A DNA stretch of 63,701 bases, counting the filler. It is 16 parts of 16 records of this genome, joined end to end, with 100 filler letters (N's around TTAATTAATTAA, not from the genome) between each part and the next. Parts side by side here need not be neighbours in the genome. Positions count along the whole stretch, not along the records: positions 36,851 to 40,374 come from SRR7504441_129168; positions 40,475 to 43,485 come from SRR7504441_129203; positions 43,586 to 47,624 come from SRR7504441_129900; positions 47,725 to 52,158 come from SRR7504441_130588; 12 more parts are not named here. One strand, written 5' to 3'. This document shows, in pieces, positions 37,876 to 49,498 of the stretch. The position numbers and the translations under genes were made by a program. The notes under the pieces are model-generated. The model saw only the letters and a program-made list of their open reading frames with translations. It was not told the origin of the DNA and made no database searches. Position 1 is the stretch's first letter. Each line of letters opens with the position of its first letter.

Positions 37876-38377
37876 CGCCGAAATTGTAATCGTATTTGAT
37901 CATTTCTCAAAAACCGTTGCTCCGAAGTCCCCCTGCATGATCATGAGCTGACTGGATATTCCGATTCAGCACGGCCACGCGCGCCCACTCACTCACGCAG
38001 TACATGTGGAGGTAGAAGCAGTAGTGTGTCTAAAAGCGTAGGCTTCATGCGAGTACCAATTGCTACTAAACTACTACGTGCTACAATATTCACGGCATTA
38101 TTAAATGGTCCGGCTAGCGATACACTAGTGCTCAATATGCGTATGCTACATGACATTAACATGATGAAATTGTACATGTACTCATGATTGTTGAAATTTT
38201 GTGTTTATGCATACATGTAACTGTGCAAAATTTTGAAACGCGACATCTACGCAAGTCGCATCTAAAAAATTGATGCAAAGCATCGATATACACAATGTCG
38301 TGTACAGTACGTATATCGAGAGAGCTCAGGAATTTTCATCACGAGGCGGCCTTAGAACAGAAAACAAGGACCGACTA

Positions 38378-39280
38378 TCAGTGATCATGACGATAGCACT
38401 GTCTGTTTTTTGCCTTGGCGTTGTTGTTCCGCTCCAGCTGCGACATCCGATGGAGCAGCTGAGCATCCACATGCTTTGCCGAGTCGGCAATACTCCACAG
38501 CCGAAAGTAATTATACAGCAGTGGTCTATTCCAACTCTTGCTGAACTTTCTGAAGCGTGCCTCCAGCGTGGCCTTGTACTTGTCCAGCGCCATGTACAGC
38601 TGATCAACAGTCCTACCGGCTTAGTATTAGTAGGGCTTAGCGCGGATGCGCGGAGGTCGGGCTTAGTCATGAAGCAGCTCCGTCTGGTTCTTGTTGTTCA
38701 TCGCCCCACCCCGAGCCGGTTTTGTCCACTGGGATCCAGCATTGTGCCTGCCCAACATCGGGCTCTGAACTGGCCAGGGATCTATCTGCGGTGGTGATGG
38801 ATCTATCAGTTGGCGAGATTCCACTGGGTCAATGGGTGACAGAACTTGCACCGGTCGTAATTTAGCCATCCGCCGCCTGAGTGCCTGCTCTGTAGCCCGG
38901 GCCCTGCTCAGTTGCAGCTGTGCACGGCTCTCAAAGTCGCGGTGCGCAGTTAGAATCGCGCTTACGCGCTGCTGGTGCTCCCTTTCTGTGCTCCTTCGAG
39001 CTAGCAGGGGTGCCCTGACAGGCATGCCCTGGATAGGCTTCTGGGCTGGCTGGGGCCTGAGCGGTTGGCGGGGAGTGCCCAGACTTGCGGCGAAGGCATC
39101 GGGCGGCTGGCGTGGCCTCGCGATCCGCACACCAGAGGGTTGCTGGCGGCCCATGTTGGGACAGGCACCGAAGGAATTAAGCGGCCCGTGCACCGTGCAG
39201 CTCGGGCTGTGGGGTGATTGCGCACGCGATCAGGCAGGCAGGCCTGGCCCAAGTGCCAGCCTGCCGCTGCATGCGCACCA
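38378..39280 (-). CDS. Hypothetical protein (model unresolved)
   Basis: Coding-like minus ORFs 38663-39193 and 38378-38593; the junction could not be resolved. Confidence 0.3.
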
Positions 39281-39545
39281 TCGCCTCCCCAGGTGCCCAA
39301 AAATGTGCAAAAGATCCGGTGAATACATGGACTGTAGATACCGGAGTCGAGTATGAGTCCAGTTAAATGAAACCCGTCAATCGCCACTCGGAAGTCATGC
39401 AGCTACGACACTAGACTCCAACCGTATTATGGACCGAGCTTGTACTCTTTTATGAAATAGATGGAACAACAAAGCATTCCCCTAACGCTCCCCATCTTTT
39501 TCGTACAGTACCTTAACCCGATTATAACCCGATAACGGTACCACA

Positions 39546-40367
39546 TCACAGCTCCTTGTTGCCTCGGAGGACCTTGATCGCGCCGAGCGCCAACTTGTGG
39601 AACCAGAGCAGGTTGAGCCCCCAGAGCACCGGGAAGTTGACCAGGGCCAGCACCTTCATCCAGAGCGCCCGGTCGGCCTGCCAGCAGAACTGGTGCTGCG
39701 AGTAGAGCCAGAACACGACCGGCAACAGCACCACCCGGGATAGAAAGAACATCAGCGTGAAGAGCGCCCCATTGATCACGTACAGCACGCTGTTGCGGTA
39801 GCCCAGCGTGACCAGAAAGTAGCGCGCCTGCATGAACAGCGTGGACAATTCGTTCAGCAGCAGGGTGGCTAGTGTCCAGCTGCCGAACGAGTGGTGCACA
39901 GCAAGCAGCGTCGAGCCGCCCACCAGCGCGTGGTGGAAGTAATACTCTACGGGGTTGTCTCCGCCCAGCCGCCAGCCTATGGTCACTACCACCGCGTCGG
40001 CTGCTAGATAGCACGCGGTGAAGAACAGCATGGCGTCGCGTTGGATCGATTGTCCGGTGCATATATCGCCGGCCAGCCAGTCCTCCCCGTGGCTCAAATT
40101 CCACCAGCCAGTGTGCACCGCCACCAGCGCATGCGGCACCGACATGCAGTAGTTCGCGAACTCGAGCCTTTTGTGCGTCGGCTGGCCCGCCACAGACTTG
40201 AGCCGGCCAGCCAGCCCCAGCCCGAGGAGCAGCACTCCGCACCAGAGCAGCTCGAGCGTAGCCGCTGCCCAGGGCAGCGAGTGGGCATAGAGCTCCACGT
40301 ACCAGTGCTTGAGCGCCCAGCCCACCCCGACCAACATCGAGGCGTTGACCAGCGTGTTGCACGAGCT
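39546..40367 (-). CDS. TLC (TRAM/LAG1/CLN8) domain membrane protein, 5' partial
   Basis: SVPHALV, YLAADA, YYFHHA, NELSTLFM, INGALF...FFLSRV and LNLLWFHKL motifs. Confidence 0.88.
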   Translation of the reverse strand, partial: SSCNTLVNASMLVGVGWALKHWYVELYAHSLPWAAATLELLWCGVLLLGLGLAGRLKSVAGQPTHKRLEFANYCMSVPHALVAVHTGWWNLSHGEDWLAGDICTGQSIQRDAMLFFTACYLAADAVVVTIGWRLGGDNPVEYYFHHALVGGSTLLAVHHSFGSWTLATLLLNELSTLFMQARYFLVTLGYRNSVLYVINGALFTLMFFLSRVVLLPVVFWLYSQHQFCWQADRALWMKVLALVNFPVLWGLNLLWFHKLALGAIKVLRGNKEL

Positions 40368-40475
40368 CTAGCCANNNNNNNNNNNNNNNNNNNNNNNNNN
40401 NNNNNNNNNNNNNNNNNNTTAATTAATTAANNNNNNNNNNNNNNNNNNNNNNNNNNNNNNNNNNNNNNNNNNNNA

Positions 40476-41265
40476 AGGCAAGTCCACCTCGCCTCGCAGC
40501 CCTCGAGGCAAGTCCACCTCGCCTCGCAGAGATTCACGGTCTCAATCGCCTGGTGGGCGCCAGCGCATGTCGGATCCACGACACCAGTCGCCCACACGGG
40601 CGCGGGATCAGGCTGCCGCGGCTCTGGCCGCAGGTGTGCTCGACGCGACTGAGAGCTCAAGGACCGCATCGCCGCGCTCACAAACCAGCTCGAGGTCTGT
40701 TTCGCCTCGCAGCCCCAATGCAACGCCTCCTTCGGCCCGCAGCCCACGTGCTCTGCAGTCCAGAGGGAGCTCGAGGTCTACCTCGCCTCGCAGCCCAAAG
40801 CGCAAGTCTGCATCACCTCGCACCGTGAAAGGCTCCGCCTCGCAGCCACACGTTGACGAACTCTCAACTGCCACTGTGCTCGGGCACTTCCGGCAGCAAG
40901 CGGCAAACGCGGGCAAACTAAGCTCGATAAGTCCATCACGCCAGAGCTCTGGTTCTCCGCTGGCCGAAAGAAGCTCTCGATCTCCGGGCAGCCCCCGTTC
41001 TTTGCCAAGACTCGAGCGCCGGTCAGCGGAATCCAAAGAGAAGGATTGGATTGTTCATTCGCTCAAGGAGCAGTATGCCACCCAAGTGGCGTTGGTTGAT
41101 ATGCTCGAGCAGAACGTGCTAGGTTTGCTGGAGAAGGCGAGTAGCCAAATCGCGATTGACACATGGATTGGCAACCTGAATGAAAGCAAGGTACTCCTTG
41201 TTAATTTCGAACTCCAAGTTGAGCACGAATTGAGCTACAGGAACTTAGACCCCTGTGGGTTGTAA
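40476..41265 (+). CDS. Ser/Pro/Arg-rich protein with SPR repeats, 5' partial
   Basis: Frame open from the contig start: GKSTSPRSPRGKSTSPR..., followed by a helical C-terminus. 30-bp tandem unit at 40476-40530. Confidence 0.6.
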
Positions 41266-41472
41266 AAAGCAAGTACATGTACTCGGACATGTCAGCACTT
41301 ACTGTACGAGTACGAACTGACTTATTATAGTTTACAATACATGTATTATCAACAGTTTGTGAACTATTGCATGATTACATTATTGCATCCGAATCGCATT
41401 TTTAATCGCAAGCTGAAATTCTATGCATCCGTACTCGGAAGTTGTTACTCAAGTATTGCGCTCAAGTGACTA

Positions 41473-43288
41473 TCAAGGGACAGGGTCATAATGCCCATAG
41501 TTGAGGAGCACTGTTGGATCGTAGTAAGCCAATCTGTCGCGAATCCGTTTGTTGTCCTTGATGAGCGACCTCAAATGTGTTGAGCCTTTAGGTTTGTGCC
41601 CAGAGCGCCACTGCACCACTGGCATAGGTACAACTGTAAATTTGCGCAACTGTGTTTCCAAGTCTTCGCGTTCACGCAGCAAGCGTTTCTGATGGGCCTC
41701 AATCCACTCCCCCGTGGTGCAGTCACACTGCTTCAAGATTGTCGGCTTGCCGAGTAACAGCACTTTTGTTCCGACGTGAAGATCCCAGTGGTCGAGCCGC
41801 CGCCCACCGAGGCCACACACCTCTGGAAGGTCAAATGCAACCCCGTGTTGTACCACCACGTGCCACTTTCCGCTATCTGGATGGAAGAGCACGTCCATAT
41901 ACTGCTTCACCCCTCGTTCGTGGTACCATGACTTGAACGCCAAGACTTTGGGGGTTGCGAGTGCAGCATCCTTTGCCCGCTTCTTCTTCTGAACAGATAC
42001 TGGCACCATGCCAGACGGCTGTGGGGCCTTCACGTTCATTGTATCAGGCAGGTCTGCTGACGGCACAGCAGCCGCCGTCTCGCGAGTGATCACATTGAAG
42101 AAATAGGTGGTCCCTCTATCATCCACAAACTCCAACCAGGGTGATTTATCTGAAGGCGGTGCCATACCTGTTGCCACGATGTTACCAACGCCAAAATAGC
42201 GGTCTCACCGGCAGTGGAACCTTGCGCGTGTAGCGTTGTGAGCCTCTGCCATTTCAGCTGCCGTTCTTGCTTGATTTCATCCAGGAAGAATCTATCAGAA
42301 GGATGTTGACGTGTCACTTTGCCAGTAACCTGGGAAGTAAAGCTTAGGACAAGCGCGCCCTCTATATCAGCTTGCCTTGCAATGAAAATACGGGTGTCCG
42401 GACTCATCCATATACTGCGCCCAGTCTCTAGGCAATGGAGCTATCACCTGCACCCCATTTCAGTTCAAGCCCTAAGGGTGGCTCCACCGCTTGTCGAGCT
42501 ATCCAGAGAAGGTCATACTCGGTCCGCACATCAATCCCGAGGTAATCAGCCATCTCAAGCACTTCTTCTGGAGTCACCGGCAGAGGCTCGCTGCTACTTT
42601 CGGGCAGGTCTGGGTCACTAGGAGCCGGTGTGAAAGGCCGTGTCAGCTCCGGTTCTTCGTCATCCTCTGCAGCGCCAGCTGCAGCTTGGTCCATCTCTAT
42701 TCCAGCTTCCGATTGCAGTACCGACTCGTCATGGTCCTCTTCGGGCCCAACAGGAGGGTCCTCTGTTGGCTCCGCCTCGGGCTCTGCTGTGGCCTCAGAC
42801 TGGTCAGCGCCTGACTTTCCGGTCGCCTCTTCGGCACATGGCTGAATCGCTAACTCCTCCGACGCAGCCGGCTCGGCCTCCGATTGGCTCGGTTCTTCGG
42901 CTGCTGGCTCCTCGGGGCTGGCCGGCTCGGGAGCCACAGGCGCCTCAGCTGGCTCGGGCTGGGCCGCCTGTGGCAGTCCCACTTCGGCTGCTGGCTCCAT
43001 GGCGGCAGCCTGCTCGGTCGGCTCGGACTCAGCTGCAGGCCCGCCAGCTGCAGGTTCGGCGGACTCCTCGGCCGCAGCTGGCTCGGCTGGCTCGGGCGCG
43101 GCTGCTTGGGCAGGCTCGTCGGGCATAGCCGGGGACTCGGCTGCGGACTCTTGGGCCGGCTCAGGCTCGGCTGCTGGTGCCTCGACTGCCTCGAGTGGCT
43201 CGTCGGGTGCCGCCGACTCGGCTGGCACTGAGGCCGATTGCTCCGCCGCAGCTTCCGGCTCGCTGGCCGTCTCAGGGTCCCCTGCCAT
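41473..43288 (-). CDS. Acidic-repeat + CEP164-type WW + WW + DM10-like domain protein, 3 introns
   Basis: EEVLEMADYLGID...LLWIARQA-VIAPLPRDW...YFHCK-VTGKVTRQHPSD; second WW (PWLEF...TYFFN); C-terminal FKSWY...LFHPDSG...DLHVGTKVLLLGKPTIL. Confidence 0.75.
42330..42375 (-). other. GC-AG intron (46 nt) within WW domain
   Basis: AAG|GCAAGC...TTCCCAG|GTT restores YFHCK-VTG and removes an in-frame TGA. Confidence 0.85.
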
Positions 43289-43792
43289 CTTCTATTTCAG
43301 TTGATATGACAACGGACAAAGTGCCCCGGAAGTAATAACGGATTTTTACTCCGCTGCAAGGTCACGGCACCGTTTGGCGCGTCCGCAAGGGCCGGATGTC
43401 CCCGGACCGGCCGATATGGCTCGAGCCGCACCAGGAGACAACTGCTTCGGTGTTGCTCGGATTTTCAGTGGCCAGCGTGGTAGCCNNNNNNNNNNNNNNN
43501 NNNNNNNNNNNNNNNNNNNNNNNNNNNNNTTAATTAATTAANNNNNNNNNNNNNNNNNNNNNNNNNNNNNNNNNNNNNNNNNNNNCCAACACACCGACCA
43601 CGCGTGCCGTCTTGTCCGCATCGGGCGCGAAGCACTTAGCTCACACGGGGCTCGCACCTTTGGGCCAGCCGATCTTGCATGATCTGTGGGCTCCCTCAAA
43701 AAATTGTGGCGTCCACGAAGTCATTTCTCGGTATTATTTGAAGCTACAGCCGTAGACTGCTGAATCCGAGGATTCCAGCCCACTCCCTCAGC

Positions 43793-45809
43793 ATGGCACC
43801 CGCGGATCCAGACGGCGTCAACCCAGCTGTGGTGGCCGAACTGGAGGCGGCGGCGGCGAATGGCGCGCCGGACGCTCCCGGGTTGGCCATGGATCCTGTG
43901 GCACCGACCCAAGACCGGCCTCAGCTGCGATTGGAATGGAGTCTGGATTACTCTGTGCAAGTGGAGGGAGTGGAGAAGAAAATCCTGCAGAAGGTGGCTG
44001 GAGTGGCCCGGCCGGGCGAGCTCCTGGCGATCATGGGCCCGTCAGGGGCCGGGAAGACCACTCTGCTCAATTGCCTGTCCGGCCGCCAGAAAAAGCACAA
44101 CGGCGTGGTGACCTTGATCGATCAAGACGGCACCCGGCACCACTGGAGCAAGCCGATGCGGCGGGTGACCGCGTACGTGCAGCAGGACGACTTGATCCTG
44201 GCTACGATCAGCCCGCGCGAGCACCTGTACTTCCACGCCCGGCTGGTGATGGACCAAAGTCTGGACCAGGAGGAGATCGTCGAGCACGTCGAGAAGCTCC
44301 TGACCCAGCTCAACCTCACAAAGTGCGCAGACACCCCCGTCGGGATGCCCGGGCTCGAGCGGGGCATCTCCGGTGGCGAGCGCAAGCGCGTGAGTTTCGG
44401 GACTAAGCTGCTGGGAGATCCCTCTGTCCTGGTGAGTGGCTCGCGCGGCTGGCCGGCCGCTTGAGGTGCGTGTGGCAGTTTGTAGATGAGCCGACCTCCG
44501 GGCTGGACTCGCATATTGCCGAGGAGGTTATCAGCATCCTGGTCCAGCTGGCCAGCATGGGCCGGCCTCGCACCGTGATCGCGACGCTCCACCAGCCTTC
44601 GTCGCACGCTTACTATCAATTCGATCAGTTGATGCTGCTCACTGAAGGTTTTGGGGTTTATCTCGGACCCGCCGCGGACGCGGTGGAGCACATTGGGCGG
44701 TCCGCCCCCCAGTTGGTCTGCCCGAAATACATGAACCCAGCTGATTTCTTTCTACACATCCTCGCTGCAAAGGACTACGAAGAGGGGCGTGAGACACTGA
44801 TCGAAGCTTACCAGAAAGAATGGCCGATGGACGACACCGCGGCTGCCAATAAGAAGATTGACGCCACAGAGATGATGGAGGGTCCGATGTATACGTCAAG
44901 CTTCTGGAAACAGTATCGGATGCTTGTCTGGCGGAACTTCATTTGTCGGATGAGGAGTCCTCGCGAGTCTCAGATCCTGATAATCATCACTTTGTTCTTC
45001 TCACTGATTCTAGGCTGCGTTTACTGGCAGCTGGATAACACGCAGAAGGGGGTGATGAGCATGAACGGCCTGATCTTCATCTCCTTGGTCAACATCGCGA
45101 TGATGAACGCATCGCCAACCATCACTAGCATTGCCCGGGACCTGCCAATGTTCATGCGCGAGCACAAGGACGGCAGCTACACCATGACCGCCCTCTTCTG
45201 TGCGGTCAACACCGTAGACTTGCCCTGGCAGTGTGTGTTGCCGGTGGTCTACGTGTTGCCCATGTAACGCCTTAACTAGCCAGAATCGCTGAGCATGTTG
45301 ATGTCAGGTACTTCATGGTTGGATGGCCTATCGTGCCGATAGTTTTCTTCCAAAGCGTGCTCGTCACTCTTCTTTGCGTCAATGTTGCCTGCGCGTTAGG
45401 ATACTTCCTTGGTTGCTGCGCCAAAAACGCCGAGCTTGCCCAGGTGCTGATACCTGTGGTGCTGATTCCAAATATGCTGCTTTGCGGTTTTGTCATCAAT
45501 CTGGACGACCTGCCAGTCTGGATGGTGCCCTTCTCTTATGCCAGCTTCGTCAGGTATGCGTTTGCTGCCTCTGCGGTCAACTTGTGGTCTTCTTCAGACT
45601 ACGACTCAATCAGCTGTAAAGATAGTGAGGCCACCAACGGTGTGTGCATGTTTGTGGACGGGGACCAAGTGCTCGATTACTTGAGCATCGGGAGTCAGAA
45701 GTATTGGGAAAACTGCTTGGTGCTGTCTGGGATGCTGGTCGGCTTTCGGTTGTGTGCATACATTGCGCTACTGCTAAAGGCGCGGAAATATAGGACTGTG
45801 GTTTCTTAA
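43793..45809 (+). CDS. ABCG (White-family) half transporter, 2 introns
   Basis: Walker A GPSGAGKTT, signature ISGGERKR, DEPTSGLD, TLHQPS and NPADF, plus an ABC-2 TM domain. Confidence 0.95.
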
Positions 45810-45984
45810 TTAATTATTGAATTAAAAATGCGCGTAAAAACGCGCTTAAAGAATCGGTACAGTGTAAAAAAACATTGCGTAAATATGAAGTTTAAGTACC
45901 CGTACATGTACAAATCTCTACTCACGAACCTTAGTGAAGGGTAGCTGTTGACACGTCCAGGGACTATGCATCGCGTCCCTGAGG

Positions 45985-47110
45985 TCACCATGTGTACAAG
46001 TGTCGAATTGCCCGCTCATTGCCGAGCGACGCAGCACGGCGAAGCCAAGCCCTGCCCTCGACTGGATCTCCTGATGCCTCGAGCATGAGTCCAAGAGCGG
46101 TCTGGGCTTGATGCATGCCTTGCTCAGCTGCCACCCGGTACATCTGCACAGCTCCAGCCAAATCCACTGGCCCAGCCTCACCCCTCTCAAGCATCACGCC
46201 TTTATTATATGCCGCTCCCGCATGATTCTGCTCCGCTGCAAGCCCATACCAATGGAATGCTAGCCCTGCATCCTGGGGTAGCCCCCGGCCATCGTATCGC
46301 ATGTTCCCCACGTTGAATTGGCTCTGAGGATGACCAAGCTCAGCTGCTCGACTGAACCAGACCACCGCTTCAGCATCATTCTGGGCACTGCCTTGGCCAA
46401 CAGAGAGGGCATAGCCCAGCCGGAATTGTGCTTCCACCATTCCTTGCTGCGCTGCCTGTCTGTAGTACGCTATGTGCTGCGCGCTCCAGCCAGCGGACAG
46501 CTTTGCTATGCTCATCCTGTCTGATCAGCAGCAGTGCTAATGCCGTCTGGGCTGCGGTGTGCTCCTGCTCGGCCGCCTTGCGCAGCCAGTGGGCCGCCAC
46601 GGCGGGGTCGTGCCGGCAGCCCTCCTCTGCGGCCTCCATCTGGCCGGATTGGTCGACACAGTGCGAGGTGCGAGTGGCGCGATGACCTAGCACGTACTGT
46701 GCCTGTGCGTCTCCCCGCTTGGCTGCAAGCTGGTACCATCGCACTGCTTGCAACTCGTCTCTCATGCAGCCCCGGCCCTCTTGCAGCATCCGAGCCAGCC
46801 GGGCCATCCCGGTCGGGGCGCCGTCCCGGGCCGCTTTAACATAGTAGGACACAGCCTCCTCCTCGTCCTGTCCCTGGGCGAGCAGCATGTCCCCGAGCAG
46901 GACCTGAGCTTCGGTGTCGCCAGCCTCGGCTGCTATGGCGGTCTCAGTCACATGTAGCAGGTTGCGTTCGGCGGACAGCTTGGGGAGCGTGGTGGTGCTG
47001 GAGGCCGCCACCGAGACGCCCGGACTGCCGGTGGCCGGCGCTATTTGGCTGGCCCAAACGGTGGCCGACCAGCAGCAGCACACCAAACCAGCCAGCGCCA
47101 GGCGCGGCAT
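45985..47110 (-). CDS. Secreted SEL1-repeat protein (frame break at ~46471)
   Basis: Signal peptide MPRLALAGLVCCCWSATVWA and multiple A..W...AA..G...AQ..LG repeats, split across two frames. Confidence 0.85.
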
Positions 47111-47395
47111 AGAAATGACCGATTGGGTCTCCAGAGCGATTTCAAGCGGCTCGTCACTGCGTCTGTTCGGGTCTCCGACAGATAAAATCGTAGATAAAAA
47201 TGGGGCTGATGTAGCCTCTCACGCATAATGTAACCACTCTAGATGATCATCACATATGATTGTAAAATGTCAGTAGACACGTAGACAACACGATATTAAA
47301 AATCGGGGGCGCGATCTCCTCGTCCACGCGTCCACCGGTCCACTACCGAAGCGCAGGTCTCGACCCATTGTGGAAGCAGAGAAGCTGCTAAAAAT

Positions 47396-47465
47396 GAGGA
47401 TGCTAGTGAGAATGCTAATGCGCATTCTAAGTACACCTTCTATTGAGAATGCTAATTAGAATGTT
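47396..47465. promoter_or_regulatory. Cluster of (G)AGAATGCTA-like motifs upstream of the SEL1 gene
   Basis: Five direct/inverted copies or near-copies in 70 bp. Function inferred only. Confidence 0.35.
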
Positions 47466-47724
47466 CCTCAGGTGAGTTTTGCGTCCGGTCACTCCGGTGC
47501 ACTCCACGCGGCCGTTGGCACCGGACCGGAGAGCTGAGCACGTAGAGCTGACGCGGGTGGCTACGACCCGGTCAGCTGAGCTGCGACCCTCATACCATGG
47601 CGGCGGAGGGTGAGGTGCAGCAGCNNNNNNNNNNNNNNNNNNNNNNNNNNNNNNNNNNNNNNNNNNNNTTAATTAATTAANNNNNNNNNNNNNNNNNNNN
47701 NNNNNNNNNNNNNNNNNNNNNNNN

Positions 47725-49090
47725 ACCAGCTGGTGCTCGAGTACGGGTGCCCCCGCCCGAGCTGGGCTAGTGCGACCTGGCCCGCCAGCTCGGTGGATAA
47801 CTACTGGATCACCCGCAAGCTCGGGCGCGGCAAGTACAGCGAGGTGTTCGAGGCTGTCAACAAGGGCAACGACGAGCAGTAGCCCACGGCCCAACAGCCT
47901 CGGCGCATCGCCCGGGGCAGGTGCGTGGTCAAGGTGCTCAAGCCGATCAAGAAGCGGAAGATCAAGAAGGAGGTGAAGGTGCTCATCAACCTGACCGGCG
48001 CCCCCGGGATCGTCCGGCTGCTCGACCTGGTGCCCCGACCGCTCGGACGCCCGGAGCTGCGGCTGCCAGGTGCGCAGCCGCAAGGCCAAGATCCCGTGCA
48101 TGGTCTTCGAGTTCATCAACACAACCGCCTGGAAGGTCGCCCGCCGCCCGGCCCCGCCCGAGCCCGGCCAGGACATCATCCCGGACATAACCGACGAGGA
48201 CCTCAAGCTGTACATGTACCAAGTGCTCAAGGTGCGGCCGGGCGGCTCGGGGGCCCAGCGGCGGGCAGACGCTTGACTTTGCGCACTCGGTCGGGATTAT
48301 GCACCGGGACATCAAACCGGACAACATCATGATCGACCACGGGGCCAAGACGGTGGGCCCCGGGCTGCCCGGCTGAGCCGGCCGGCAGCTCAAGATCATC
48401 GACTGGGGTCTGGCCGAGTTTTACCTTCCCGGAACCGAGTACAATGTGAGCGTGGCCACCCGCCCGTTCAAGGGCCCAGAGCTGCTGGTCGGATACCGGA
48501 CGTGCCCGGCCGCTCGACCGGCCGCTCAGCCGGATGGCAGGTACGACTACTCGCTGGATCTGTGGGCTGTGGGCTGCGTGCTGGGCGCGATCCTGTTCAA
48601 CAAGGACCCGTATCTCTTCTACGGCAGCAGCAACCAGGTGCCCACACCCCGCCGCCCAGCCCCCAGCCGCGTGCAGGACCAGTTGGTCAAGATAGTGAAG
48701 GTGCTGGGCACCGACGGTCTGGATGTGCGCCGCCAAGCTTGCAGAGCAGCTGACTGGCTGAGCAGAGATATCTGGACAAGTACGACATCGAGCTCGACCC
48801 AGCCTTCGACGACCTGATCGCCGAGTGAGCCGCCCAGCGGCGTTGGCTGACTTTGGCAGGCGGGAGCCGCAGACCAAGTGGGAGGAGATGGTCGAGCAGA
48901 AGACGGCGCACCTGGCGCACGCGGACGCGCTCGACCTGCTCGGCCGGCTGCTCAAGTACGACCACGGGGCCCGGCTCACCTGCCAGGAAGCGATGGAGCA
49001 CGAGTGAGACTCGAACGCTAGACAGCGTCAGTCCCTGACGCCACTGACGGGTTGTGCCGCAGGTACTTTGCAGAGGTGGATTGGGAGTAA
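47725..49090 (+). CDS. Casein kinase II alpha-like kinase, 5' partial, 11 introns
   Basis: Spliced: [74 protein letters not shown] and EAMEHEYF. Confidence 0.95.
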
Positions 49091-49266
49091 GATCACAAAG
49101 TTTTAACCGTATGATAGATGCCTCAGAGTGGATCCGGCACCGGCCGTTGCGGCTACGGTGGACGGAGCGGCGGAAGCTATCGTACAACTCCACGGTGTGT
49201 GTGTAATAAGTTACTCGGACGTACGTGAACATTATAATTAATAAAATTTTGTTGGGAACGTAAGTA

Positions 49267-49304
49267 CTTTATTTAGGCCATATTTCTTTATTTAGGCCAT
49301 ATTT
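49267..49304. repeat. 19-bp tandem duplication
   Basis: ctttatttaggccatattt twice, intergenic. Confidence 0.9.
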
Positions 49305-49498
49305 TATTCTATGGACATGCCGAATGTCCAGTATCATAGGCTAATCATCCGCGCGGCTATTCCGTCTGTGGTGGACTCCTCCTGACACCCCCACGTACCC
49401 CCACGCCTCATGCACGCCAGTGCGTGCCAGTGCGTGCATATCATTTCACCTTGGTGGGACCCCGGTGGAGCTTTTCACCGACAGAGGAGGCCGCTGAG

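Noticed and set aside
42491-43304. Long antisense/overlapping ORFs here and in other GC-rich regions
   Set aside because: Expected from high GC and low-complexity coding on the opposite strand; no independent motifs.
47725-49090. Introner-type repeated introns
   Set aside because: Introns are similar in length but show no shared sequence or terminal inverted repeats by eye.
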